A stretch of DNA of 64,000 nt from Octopus vulgaris (taxonomy: Eukaryota): positions 138,942,001 to 139,006,000 of the forward strand of contig OX597818.1 of assembly GCA_951406725.2 (NCBI GenBank), given 5' to 3'. The translations under genes and the position numbers were made by a program. Under the pieces are notes generated by a model. That model was given only the letters and a program-made list of their open reading frames with translations. It ran no database searches and was not told the origin of the DNA. Shown here one piece after another: positions 50,170-61,334 of this stretch; position 1 is the stretch's first letter; each line of letters opens with the position of its first letter.

Positions 50170-50600
50170 TGAGCAGAGCAACATCTATATTGTTTGCTCA
50201 AGGAAGCATAACTGGAAAAGCGGGAGAGAGAGAGAGCAGTGTCAGAAGAACTAGAATGAATGGACGAAAGAAGGAAGAAAATGATGGTAGAATAAGTAAT
50301 TGGGTTGAGAAGGGTGAGTGATGGGTAATAATAGAGGTGGATATTTGGTAAGAGTAACTGATAGATGACAGTAATAAGCAGTCCTCGGTGGAAGAGAATG
50401 ATGAATGTCAGTACAGAAAAGGTGGTACAGATCAGTGCCATACCTTGTACAATAAACCTGATGACAGGCTGATGGTGAGTGAGGTAGTGATAAGGATTGT
50501 AATGGTGATGGATTAAATTGTAGATCCAATACTGTCTCTTGTTGCATGGGTGGTATGGGTGATAAGGAGATGAAGGGCATCAAAGGTGCAGTAGATGTAG
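50170..50600 (-). mobile_element. Highly decayed LINE ORF2 3' fragment (tentative)
   Basis: Strand-skewed composition and LQSLSL...Y...LPP-like remnants of CR1/Jockey-group C-termini. Confidence 0.35.
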
Positions 50601-50828
50601 ACTTATTAGCTGATATATAAATATTATATTCTTATCTTTAGCTACTAACACCATTTTCAACATTCGTTCTGAGTTTATAATGCTAACATGGAGCATCACA
50701 TTTTTTAACACCAGTATCAAACAACCCACCCTTAACTCTGAAGGGGCAACCCTTGTTGCCAGCAGAACTAATAGCTCACGATCCTACGACCGCGAGTCCG
50801 CTGCCCTAACCACTGAGCCATTGCGCCT

Positions 50829-50884
<56 letters not shown>

Positions 50885-51215
50885 TTGTGAGTAGCCTAAG
50901 TTTTTATGCATACATAGGCATGGCATAGGTGCAGGTGTTGCTTGCACTTTGTGAGTGGATTTGGTTGGTTGATGGAAACTGAAAGAACTTTGCCACATGA
51001 GTGTTTGTGTCTCCTTGTCTCTATCATGTGGTAGTTGTAAATGAATGTCATTGTCGTATAAGCAGTGTCATCCATTCCCAGTATTCTGTAAGAACATGTC
51101 TGGCCATGGGGAAGTATTACCTTGCTTGTAAACGTTATTGAAGAAGCTAAGTAATGTTGCCTTTGCTACTTTTAAAAGATATGTTGATGGATTTCCAGAT
51201 AATCTAATGACTTAA

Positions 51216-51630
51216 CCCTTTCGTTACCGTATTTATTTTGAGATGCTCTGTGTTTCTTTCAGTTATTTTAAATATAACAAAGAATTTAGTAAAATAACTT
51301 AGCTATCATTAAGCTAGTGTTAGGAATATAAATTGCAACTAATGTTTGGTGGTATATTTTGATGCAAAACTTATGAAAACAAGACATTTGTACTACAGAG
51401 CCAGAGTAGTAACGAAAGCTAGTGTTAGGAATATAAATTGCAACTAATGTTTGGTGGTATATTTTGATGCAAAACTTATGAAAACAAGACATTTGTACTA
51501 CAGAGCCAGAGTAGTAACGAAAGCTAGTGTTAGGAATATAAATTGCAACTAATGTTTGGTGGTATATTTTGATGCAAAACTTATGAAAACAAGACATTTG
51601 TACTACAGAGCCAGGTTAGTAACGAAAGGG
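51216..51630 (-). mobile_element. piggyBac-like MITE family G with internal 105-bp triplication
   Basis: TTAA at 51212-51215 and 51631-51634; TIRs CCCTTTCGTTAC / GTAACGAAAGGG; units start at 51311, 51416 and 51521. Confidence 0.92.
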
Positions 51631-51978
51631 TTAAAAGAACAACCTCCAGTAATCTGTTGATCACACTTGAGACGTTACACATACTGAAACAAGCAACTAC
51701 AATATTGGACCCCTTCGCAACATTCTTAGAACTACGATGGCATGGTATTGCAGTACCGTCTTAACATGTCTGCTAAAATTTACTGAAGAACTTACCATGA
51801 TGCTTATTGAAAGCACTAACAATAGTCATCGTTCTCACAGTGAACTTAGTGATATATAGTTTACACATTGCTGTTCTGTTTATTTATCATCTATTCAAAC
51901 CATTGATTGTTATAGTAATCTTCAGAACTTATATGTTTTCGATTGGAACTGGAAGGAATTGATGGATGTTACTAAGAG

Positions 51979-52015
<37 letters not shown>

Positions 52016-53754
52016 CACATCCCCCCATTTCAACTAAGAGCTGTCGCGGTTAATATATGTTGCTGACAGTATATTATTTAGCTATCAGTAATTTAGGTTG
52101 CATTGTGAGAACATCACTTTTATCATTTACTTCTGTAAGCCTTCCCTACACAATACCTTCCTACAAATGTACTCTTGTATACTCACACACACACACACAC
52201 ACAGTTTCCATACGAAACAAACTATCTCGTAGATATAGATATACGCTCTGTGCACGTGCTCATACATGCACATTGAGAGTGATTCCTGCATGAGTGATTG
52301 CAAGTGTGTAATATTATGCGCTTGTATTATGCTTGTATGTATGTATATGTGTATAAACAAAGTGTGTATGTGCATATATTTATATGATATATATGTATAT
52401 ATAATGAGTTAATGTTCTTTCACTTTCATAATTAACAAGTTATTAATGAAGATAGCTTCTGTAATTAACATGTTATTGATGAAGATCAATGCACGGTGCT
52501 TTGTCATAATGTATGTCTGTAGATTCTCTGACTGGAGCCAGCTATGGTAATTAAAAAATAATCTTTTAATCTCTGTCCTGCAACAACAGCAATATCATCA
52601 ATAATAATAATAAGAAGAATATGAATAATGATTTGTTTATTCAAGGCACTTGGCCAATATTTAGTAGTAGTAGTAGTAGTAGTAGTTGCTTGTATTAGTG
52701 TTTGCATACCAGTACTGATGATGGTGATGATGATGATGATAATCATAAATTTCTTTTATTGGCCACAAGAATCCAAAACGTTGAGGACAATAATACAAGG
52801 ATGAACTATTATACAAAAAAGTGAGGTCTACAGCAAGCAAAAAGAAGCAAGCAAAAATAAAAATATAACAAAATCTCGGCAAGAAAAATTAGCCAAAAGA
52901 GCTGGGTACATTGGAGGGAACCCCATTACCATATTACAAGAACAATTTATAAAGAAACACTTCTTGATTTCACAGAATCAAGTATGAGATAATATGCCTG
53001 TAAAACAGTACTATATACAAAGTCAATGAACTTTATAGACCCTAAGGCACCCTTGCTGTCAAGGGCAAGCACTGTCTCCTAGCTTTGTTGTCTACTCTAC
53101 AGCTACTGATTTCTAACATTGGTTAGAAAATTTTTAAGGAAATGTATAGTAGAGTAAAATTACTTTTGTATTTAGCTGGTGTTTATTGACGTCTAGAAGG
53201 GTGAGCACTAAAGTTGACTTTGGTAAGATTTGAACTTAGAAAGTAAAAAGACTAGACCAAAATATTAAAATGAATCTGATTCTACTAATTCACTGGGATT
53301 ATTGATGATGATGGTAATCCTTTCTACTATAGGCACATGGCGTAAGATTTTGTGGGAAGGGACTAGTTGATTTCCTCAACCCCCAGCGCTCAACTTGTAC
53401 ATATTTCATTGATCCCAAAAGGATGAAAGGCAAAGTTGACCTTGGCAGAATTTGAACTCAGAACGTAACGATAAATAAAATACTCCTAAGCATTTTGTCA
53501 GACACATTAACGATCTACCAGCTCACTACCATAATGATATAATAGTAATGATTTCTAGTGTTGACACAAAGTCAAAAATATCTTGTGAGGAGAGATGACT
53601 GACACTTACTTTACCAACCCTCCTACTCCCCATCCCAAGAAAGATGAAATGAATATTGATCTTGGTAGGATTTAAGCTTAGGATTTAAAAGGTTGTAACT
53701 ATATGCTAAAGCATTTAATGTACCCATTTTCTTACCTGTTATTACCACTATTAA

Positions 53755-54112
53755 TAAACTTAGATAAACTTAGATATGTTTCGACCAAAGATTGGTCCAG
53801 GCCATGTCTAACTTAATAGCACCACCTGATAGGATTATTCGAATCCTGTTTAAGTCAAGTTTTGTTCAAGTAGTGAGTTCTTGTTGGGTGAGTTGTATCC
53901 AATTATGGGTGGCTTATCTGGTATTCTTTGAAGGAATCTATCCAGGCTCTGTTTAAAGTTGATGGGATCCTTTTCCTCTTTGATCTCCCTCGGGACAATG
54001 TTAAATAGGGCAGGGCCTGTTGAGGAAAAGAAATTATGTTGCAGTGTACATGTATGTTGTGATCTTGAATTGGGCAGGGGACGTATAGCCCGTGGTCCAA
54101 GTCTTGGATGAA
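53755..54112 (-). mobile_element. CR1/L2-group LINE 3' end (second family)
   Basis: HPRLG...FSSTGPALFNIVPREIK...FKQSLDRFLQRIPDKP-GY-NSLL is a typical ORF2 C-terminus; short 3' UTR and (TATCTAAGTT)2 tail. Confidence 0.85.
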
Positions 54113-54824
54113 TAATATTAATAATAATAATAATAATAATATTAAGAATAAAAATGATTTTCAAGAATTGTGTTTGATAATGAGTGTTTATAGAGAAGTA
54201 GGAATCTGAGTTTCTTTTCATTTTTGGGAACACATAAATGGTTATAAAATAGTAAAATGTGGCTGAGAGAATTCACCAAGTATTTACTGTTATACATGAT
54301 GATGCCAACCATAACATCCATGTATTATTATCATGAATTAAATTTTTAACTTCCCTTTCTATTGTTGTAGTTTAGTCCCAGTCTTATCCTGTTTAAATAA
54401 ATGTATGATCAAACGTGTTCAAATTGCCTGTCTTTTTTTTTTTTAAGGCAAACTATATCTACATTTATGTTGTTCAATATATGATGTGATTTCAAGAGAA
54501 TTTGGTAGCTATATCCAGCATGTTCAGCTATGTGCTGGGGTCAATTTACTTGACTGTTACCTTATGTGGCTCCATCATAACAGTTAATAACACTTCTTCT
54601 GCATTACTGAAAAGTAGGGCTTTCTATTAACACATACTAATAACATGGATTTCTTTTTTGGTTTTACTGTAATCTAGTTCCTTACAGTAAAAACATCTTT
54701 TTTTTCATTAATTATTATGATGACGAAGACTTTGCAAACGATGATATTAGTGGGATGTCAGCTAGCTACAACTGTTTAATAATATTGTGAAAAACTAATG
54801 TTTATATATTTCTATTCTTTGAAG

Positions 54825-54926
54825 ATGGATGATGGATTTATGGAGGAGCACAACATGGTGCTGGATGATATTTTAGAGGAGCAACATCATGAAAAAATGC
54901 AGTTCATGGCAGGAATGCTCAATGAG
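54825..54926 (+). CDS. PDZRN3/4: PDZRN3/4-like exon (acidic post-PDZ segment)
   Basis: ttctttgaag|ATG ... GAG|gtgggt; 102 nt, phase 0-0. Translates MDDGFMEEHNMVLDDILEEQHHEKMQFMAGMLNE, resembling the LEEQHH-MQF motif of PDZRN3. Confidence 0.9.
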
Positions 54927-55019
54927 GTGGGTCAAGTGGTTATTTTGAGGTTTCACTGCTCCATCAGTAAATTCTAGTTATATGTTATATATTTATTTTA
55001 TAATTTTTCTTGTATACTA

Positions 55020-55320
55020 CAAAACACCATCTGAGCATGGCCGTTCGCCAGCCTCGTCTGGCACCTGTGTCGGTGGCACATAAAAAACACCATCCGAGCG
55101 TGGCCGTTCGCCAGCCTCGTCTGGCACCTGTGTCGGTGGCACATAAAATCACCCACTACACTCTCGGAGTGGTTGGCGTTAGGAAGGGCATCCAGCTGTA
55201 GAAACACTGCCAGATCTGACTGGCCTGGTGCAGCCTTTGGGCTTCCCAGACCCCAGTTGAACCGTCCAACCCATGCTAGCATAGAAAGCGGACGTTAAAT
55301 GATGATGATGATGATGATGA
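55020..55320 (+). mobile_element. Family C retroposon
   Basis: Near-identical to 9583-9929. Confidence 0.88.
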
Positions 55321-55530
55321 CTAATTATAATAATAGTTTTACTAGCCTCTGAATCTCTTAAATGTTAAAATATCCTCATGATTCTTTTTCTTCAACCTCA
55401 CTAAAAACTTTTGTCTTTATGGGGTATATAAAATATATCAGTTCAGTTTTGGAAACACCCTTCTTACTTGCCTTGTCAACTAACAAACATATAAAACCAC
55501 AGATATTAAGAAGTAGTACATGAAATATTC

Positions 55531-55833
55531 GTGGAGGCGCAATGGCCTAGTGGTTAGGGCAGCGGACTCGCGGTCACAGGATCGCGGTTTCGATTCCCAG
55601 ACCGGGCGTTGTGAGTGTTTATTGAGCGAAAACACCTAAAAGCTCCACGAGGCTCCGACAGGGGGTGGTGATCCCTGCTGTACTCTTTCACCACTCTTTC
55701 TCCCACTCTTTCTTCTGTTGGCCTGCTCGCTTAGCCAGCGGGGTGGCGTCATTCGAAGGCTAAAACAATGCGAACGCATGGTGACCTGAGATGTGTAACA
55801 TCTGATGGTCTGGTCGGTCACGTGATCACGTGA
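55531..55833 (+). mobile_element. SINE family B' (family B head, different 3' half)
   Basis: First ~165 nt match family B, then unrelated sequence; acatgaaata duplicated on the flanks. Confidence 0.85.
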
Positions 55834-55964
55834 CATGAAATACAATGGCTCAACTAGGAATTGAACTTGTGTCACTATGTCACTGAGAACTTATTACCAC
55901 ACTCTTATGTTTGCACATGTTTACTCACTCACTTATTCTCTTTCCCTCTTCCATCTCATCACTT

Positions 55965-56257
55965 CATCATCATCATCATCATCATCATCATTTAGCGTCT
56001 GCTTTCCATGCTAGCATGGGTTGGACGGTTCAACTGGGGTCTGTAAAGCCGGAAGGCTGCATCAGGCCCAGTCTGATCTGGCAGTGTTTCTACGGCTGGA
56101 TGCCCTTCCTAACGCCAACCACTCCGTGAGTGTAGTGGGTGCTTTTTACGTACCACCTGCACAGGTGCCAGACGGAGCTGGCAAACGGCCACAGACGGAT
56201 GGTGCTTTTTACGTGCCAGGCCAGGCTGGCAACGGCCACAAACGGATGGTGTTTTTT
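55965..56257 (-). mobile_element. Family C retroposon
   Basis: (CAT)n then the reverse complement of the family C body. Confidence 0.87.
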
Positions 56258-56309
56258 CAGTAATGCTTAATTATATAAATATATCCTAATTATTTATATT
56301 TCATTTCAG

Positions 56310-56438
56310 GTTCATATGGATGAAGAAGGTGCTACAACAGATACAGGAATGACAGAAAATTCGTGCCTGAAGCTGGAGAAAGATAGTGGAGTGGGACGTA
56401 CTGATGAAAGCACAAAAAATGAAGAAAGTTCAGAGCAG
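56310..56438 (+). CDS. PDZRN3/4: PDZRN3/4-like exon
   Basis: tttcatttcag|GTT ... CAG|gtaaga; 129 nt, phase 0-0. Translates VHMDEEGATTDTGMTENSCLKLEKDSGVGRTDESTKNEESSEQ, with the family motif EKDSGVGRTDES. Confidence 0.94.
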
Positions 56439-56483
56439 GTAAGATTCAGGCTTGATCCAATCCAATCATCATGTGGAATACAC

Positions 56484-56882
56484 GTGTGGTAAGTAGCTTG
56501 CTTACCAACCACATGGTTCCGGGTTCAGTCCCACTGCGTGGCATGTTGGGCAAGTGTCTTCTACTATAGCCTCGGGCCGATCAAAGCCTTGTGAGTGGAT
56601 TTGGTAGACGGAAACTGAAAGAAGCCCATCGTATGTATATGTATATATATATGTGTGTGTGTATGTTTGTGTGTCTGTGTTTGTCCCCCTAGCATTGCTT
56701 GACAACCGATGCTGGTGTGTTTACGTCGCCGTCACTTAGTGGTTCGGCAAAAGCAACCGATACAAAGTACTGGGCTTACAAAGAATAAGTCCTGAGGTCG
56801 ATTTGCTCGAGTAAAGGCGGTGCTCCAGTATGGCCGCAGTCAAATGACTGAAACAAGTAAAAGAGTAAAATAGTAAAAGAGA
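56484..56882 (+). mobile_element. SINE family A (slightly 5'-truncated)
   Basis: Starts gtgtggtaagtagc, 45 nt after the exon donor. Confidence 0.9.
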
Positions 56883-57169
56883 GATATCAATGACATATTT
56901 TCTCTCCTCCTTATTCGGGTGGGGTTATGATGGTTCTTGGGTGTAGATTTTGGCCTCCTTACCATATAATCATAAATCACATCTTACTATTGTCAGTCTA
57001 CTGTACCCATGGGCAAGTCTCCTAAATCTGCTTGCACCAGTTTACATTACTGGACATTTGTTGGTTGGTTGAGTGGTTAGCAATAGAAAGGACATATAGC
57101 TATGAAACAGCTGTATCAATAAGTAAGCCAGCTTATGGCCTTGGAAATTTGTACTTAGAAAGTAATATA

Positions 57170-57397
57170 TATTTCTTTACTACCCACAAGAGGCTAAACA
57201 TAGAGGGGACAAACAAGGACAGACAAAGGGATTAAGTCGATTACATCAACTCCAGTGCGTAACTGGTACTTAATTTATCAACCCTGGAAGGATGAAAGGC
57301 AAAGTCGACCTCGGCGGAATTTGAACCCAGAACACGTAACGCCAGACGAAATACGGCTACGCATTTCGCCTGACGTGCTAACATTTCTGCCAGCTCA
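57170..57397 (-). mobile_element. SINE family D
   Basis: tagaaagtaatata duplicated on both sides. Confidence 0.88.
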
Positions 57398-58571
57398 TAG
57401 AAAGTAATATAATAACCTTCTGTACACCATAAGCAGTAGTATAATTTTATCGTACCTTAGTCATGAGATAGGGTGACTCTGGGGGTCACACTTGTTCAGT
57501 ATTGACTGAAATGTATTTTAAAGCAGCAGTTATGAGATGTTTGTATATCAGTATATCAATCTTCTCAAACTTAACGAGACAAATATAGTTAGTCAATTGG
57601 TAAACTCATCCTGGTGCCACATAAAAAGCACTCGTGTTGGTGCCATGTTAAAAGCGCTTGTGCTAGTGCTCGTACCATATAAAAAATACCCAGTACACCC
57701 TATGGAGTGAGTGGCATTAGAAAGGGCATCCAGTCATAGAAACCATGCCAAAACTGACAAATGGAGCCTGACCTTACCAGCTCTGGTGAAACCATCTAAC
57801 TCATGCCAGAATGGAAAAGGGACATTAGATATAGATGATGGTGATAAAAATGTTTGTGTTGTCAAGTGGAAATGGCACTTAAAAATACCAACTTTGTCTT
57901 TCAACCTTCATGCTTGATAAAATAGATACCAGTTAAGCACTGGGGTTGAAGCAATTGACTATCCATCTCCGCCAAAATTTCAGGATTTGTGCCTGTTGTA
58001 GAAAGGATTCTTATTTTTACAATTCTCACCCCACGTTTTCTACACTTATATGCAAGCTTTCACTGCACTTCCAAATGCACCTTCATATTCTGAGGTGTGT
58101 GCAATATTCATTGTTTCGCGGAGAGTGAGTTCTGTTATTTTGTTGGGTTTGCTGTATGATTGGTATAGTGTGTTTTTGTATTGGACTGTGATTGTGTAGA
58201 ATGTGCTGTGTGAAGGATTTTTCTTTATTTAGCTGTAGTTGTTTAGAATGCCGAGTTGTGAGTTATTGGTATTATTATGTGTGGTGATTATGGAGATGTA
58301 ACATGAAGAAACATGCCATCAGAATCCCCAGCTGGCCCCTTGCAACTAAGGTCAGAAACCAGAGGTGGATTCATTTCTGGTATCATGGCTCAAAACACTT
58401 CATATGAACAGCCATTGTCAACTATCAATGAACTATAATTGTGTGAAGTATGAATTGTGTTGGTTGTATTCTATTGTTTGGTGATGATTACATAAAGTAT
58501 GGGTTATGTAAGCTGTTATTAACTATTATTGATATTCCTAATATTTTCTGTTTCCTTTCTATTATTTGTAG

Positions 58572-60029
58572 GAAACCTTTGATGGGGAAAGTGTGTGTCC
58601 AGCAAGTTTGCAGTTTGGTACAGAAGGAGAATTTCGACAACGTCATGAAAGCTTTACTTCAACAGACCAAGACTATGTCAGCCATGAAATACCTGTTGAT
58701 GTTTGTGACAGGTTCCGAGAAGTGCTAGAGGATCGCTGTGGCAGTCCTCGTAAAGAAAGGGGCCGCAAGGATTCCCAGGGTAGTATCAACCGTGAGTTAG
58801 CCATGCTTGATAAAGAAATGAAAGAAATTCAAATGGAATGCCAAGAACTTGTCCGTGCACATATGAGAGAGCAACAAAAAATACAGCTTCAACAGAGAGA
58901 AATGTTACGATATGAACCACAAAGGAGTCCCCGTATTGTACCCAGAATGGGAACAAGATTGGAATACATAAAGCATACAGGTCTTACCCATGAGCAAGCA
59001 GAGAGCAGTAATAATGCTCGCAAAGAAAGCAATCAAACCCCCAAACTCATTCCCCAATCTATGATAACTGATAAAGAGAAGGACCCAGCTACGACTAGTG
59101 CCTATAATTCAGGTGAGAGCTGTCGTAGCACACCGTTGACCCTTGAGTTGAACCAAGTGTCCGACGACAGCGATAAAGGACTGCGTAACTCAATGTTGTG
59201 TCTTGTGCCACCTGCTGGCCGAACGTCAGGTAGCGACACAGAAAAGCAGACACAGACACCCACTAAAGCCCATGATCATTCAAGCGATGACAGTCTGAAA
59301 TTTAAAAAGAATTTATCTTTTACCCAAAATTCGTCCAAAGTCAATCATAGGTCAGGTAACCTAAAAAGTTGCGAAAGCATGGGGGAGTCATTACAAGACA
59401 TTTATATGCGTTACTCTGATGTCATGTACACTAACCATGCCAATTTGGAACATACTATTGCTATTCAACAGAAACTTTTCCAACAGCAGCTGGAGCAACG
59501 CTCTCGCATAAAAGGTCATAGCAGCAGCGGGGGTCGCGGTTCCGATGGTCAGCAGGGTGAGGCTTGTGCTGGTGCACAATCATCTGATGGCTGCCAGATG
59601 GAATGGGTGGTGAAGCGTCGGCCAGATGGTACTCGTTACATAACACGGCGTCCAATTCGCAATAAGATGTTGAAAGAGCGAGCTAAAAAGATTTCAGAAG
59701 AGCGTGCAGGCATGACAACGGATGATGATGCAATGAGCGAATTGAAAGTTGGGCGTTACTGGCCAAAAGAGGAACGTAAGAAACACATTGAGAAAGCACG
59801 TGATCAGAAACGTAAGAAAGAATTGATGATGAAAGCCAAAATGGAAACCTTAAAGGAAGAAGACAAAAAAGAGGTGAACATTCTAGAATTGAGTCATAGA
59901 AAAATGTTAAAACATAAAGGCAAAAAAGTGCTAGATGATTTTGTAACTGTACAGGAGATGTTAGCCCATGGCAGCCGAGTGGCTGAAGGCAAAACCTACA
60001 ATCCTTTACTCTCAGTAACAACTGTGTGA
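58572..60029 (+). CDS. PDZRN3/4: PDZRN3/4-like terminal coding exon (LNX3/4 C-terminal homology region, class I PDZ-binding tail)
   Basis: attatttgtag|GAA is in frame with ORF 58593-60029; 485 codons + TGA. Contains TSAYNSGESCRSTPLTLE, MEWVVKRRPDGTRYITRRP, GMTTDDDAMSELKVGRYW and NPLLSVTTV, typical of PDZRN3/PDZRN4/PDZD4/Slip1. Confidence 0.96.
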   Translation, partial: ETFDGESVCPASLQFGTEGEFRQRHESFTSTDQDYVSHEIPVDVCDRFREVLEDRCGSPRKERGRKDSQGSINRELAMLDKEMKEIQMECQELVRAHMREQQKIQLQQREMLRYEPQRSPRIVPRMGTRLEYIKHTGLTHEQAESSNNARKESNQTPKLIPQSMITDKEKDPATTSAYNSGESCRSTPLTLELNQVSDDSDKGLRNSMLCLVPPAGRTSGSDTEKQTQTPTKAHDHSSDDSLKFKKNLSFTQNSSKVNHRSGNLKSCESMGESLQDIYMRYSDVMYTNHANLEHTIAIQQKLFQQQLEQRSRIKGHSSSGGRGSDGQQGEACAGAQSSDGCQMEWVVKRRPDGTRYITRRPIRNKMLKERAKKISEERAGMTTDDDAMSELKVGRYWPKEERKKHIEKARDQKRKKELMMKAKMETLKEEDKKEVNILELSHRKMLKHKGKKVLDDFVTVQEMLAHGSRVAEGKTYNPLLSVTTV

Positions 60030-60648
60030 TAAAAAAAAAAATGACAAAACAAGTTTTATAGATATACGTGCATACTTACACACAAATATAAATATATGTA
60101 TATATACATATATATATTACAAACACACATATACAATGCATATATACTTACATATACACTTTTTAAAAAAAGAAAATAAAACACGCAAAGACAGACCAAT
60201 GGAAACATAGAAACAGTTTATAGAAATTGTAATAATTAAATGAAGAAGAGAAAGAAAAATTTAAACCATAACAATCATAAATAGTGAAGTTCTTTCACTA
60301 GGAACATGGCCAATTTTGTACGGTCATTTGAATTGATGCCAGTATATTACTGGTATAAAATAATAATAATAATAATAATGAAGATGTTGATCGTTTCTAA
60401 CACAAATGCTAAAGTATCAATGGAACAGAGCTTCTAAAAGTAAAAATTTCAAGAAAAAAAAAATCAAAATTAATATTGCCTGCACAATATTATGTACTGC
60501 ATTGCCAAAACGAATGGAGCGTAATGAATGATGGACATTGGAGTAAACAAACAACATGAATGACCACAGCAACAATATATATATACATATATATATATTA
60601 TATATGTGTGTGTGTATATATATATAGAGATATGTGTGTGTGTATATA

Positions 60649-60696
<48 letters not shown>

Positions 60697-60859
60697 AACA
60701 CGCATTTATATATACATCTGGATGTGTACATGTGTATATATTTGTGTGTTTATATACATACATATATATATGAACACATACATGTGGATAACACTTATAT
60801 ACATGCACTCACACATATATACATATAATATATATATATATAAATAAAATATATATGTG

Positions 60860-60908
<49 letters not shown>

Positions 60909-61171
60909 GACTTAGAGAGAGTAAATTTTTCACTTTTACTTGCTTGCTATTGAAATTACCAGAAAGCCTATAATATAATTAAAATGTCTCTCTTTCATTC
61001 ACTCCCTCTCCCCTTTCTCTCTCTCTCCCCTGCTCTCCTGTTATTTTTATTTATTTTTTTATATATTTTGTTCTGTCATGAGGTCTGTGGTATTATTATT
61101 TTTCCTGTTATGTTCACAGAAAATTTGCAAGCTTGTGCAAGGTGGGGGAGGGGTTAAAGGGACGAGTGTGT

Positions 61172-61289
61172 TACATACATACATATATATATATATATGT
61201 ATGTATATATATATATCTATATAGATATATATATATGTGTATATATATCTGTCCATAGATATATGTATATATGTGTGTGTATATATATA

Positions 61290-61334
<45 letters not shown>

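Noticed and set aside
51286-51597. 103-aa ORF with three 35-aa repeats
   Set aside because: Product of the 105-bp triplication inside a MITE.
54717-54790. Acidic mini-ORF (YDDEDFANDDISG) as a duplicated alternative exon
   Set aside because: No AG acceptor directly upstream, no donor, and it runs into a stop.
59391-60021. Antisense ORFs over the last exon
   Set aside because: Short shadow ORFs opposite a well-conserved coding frame.
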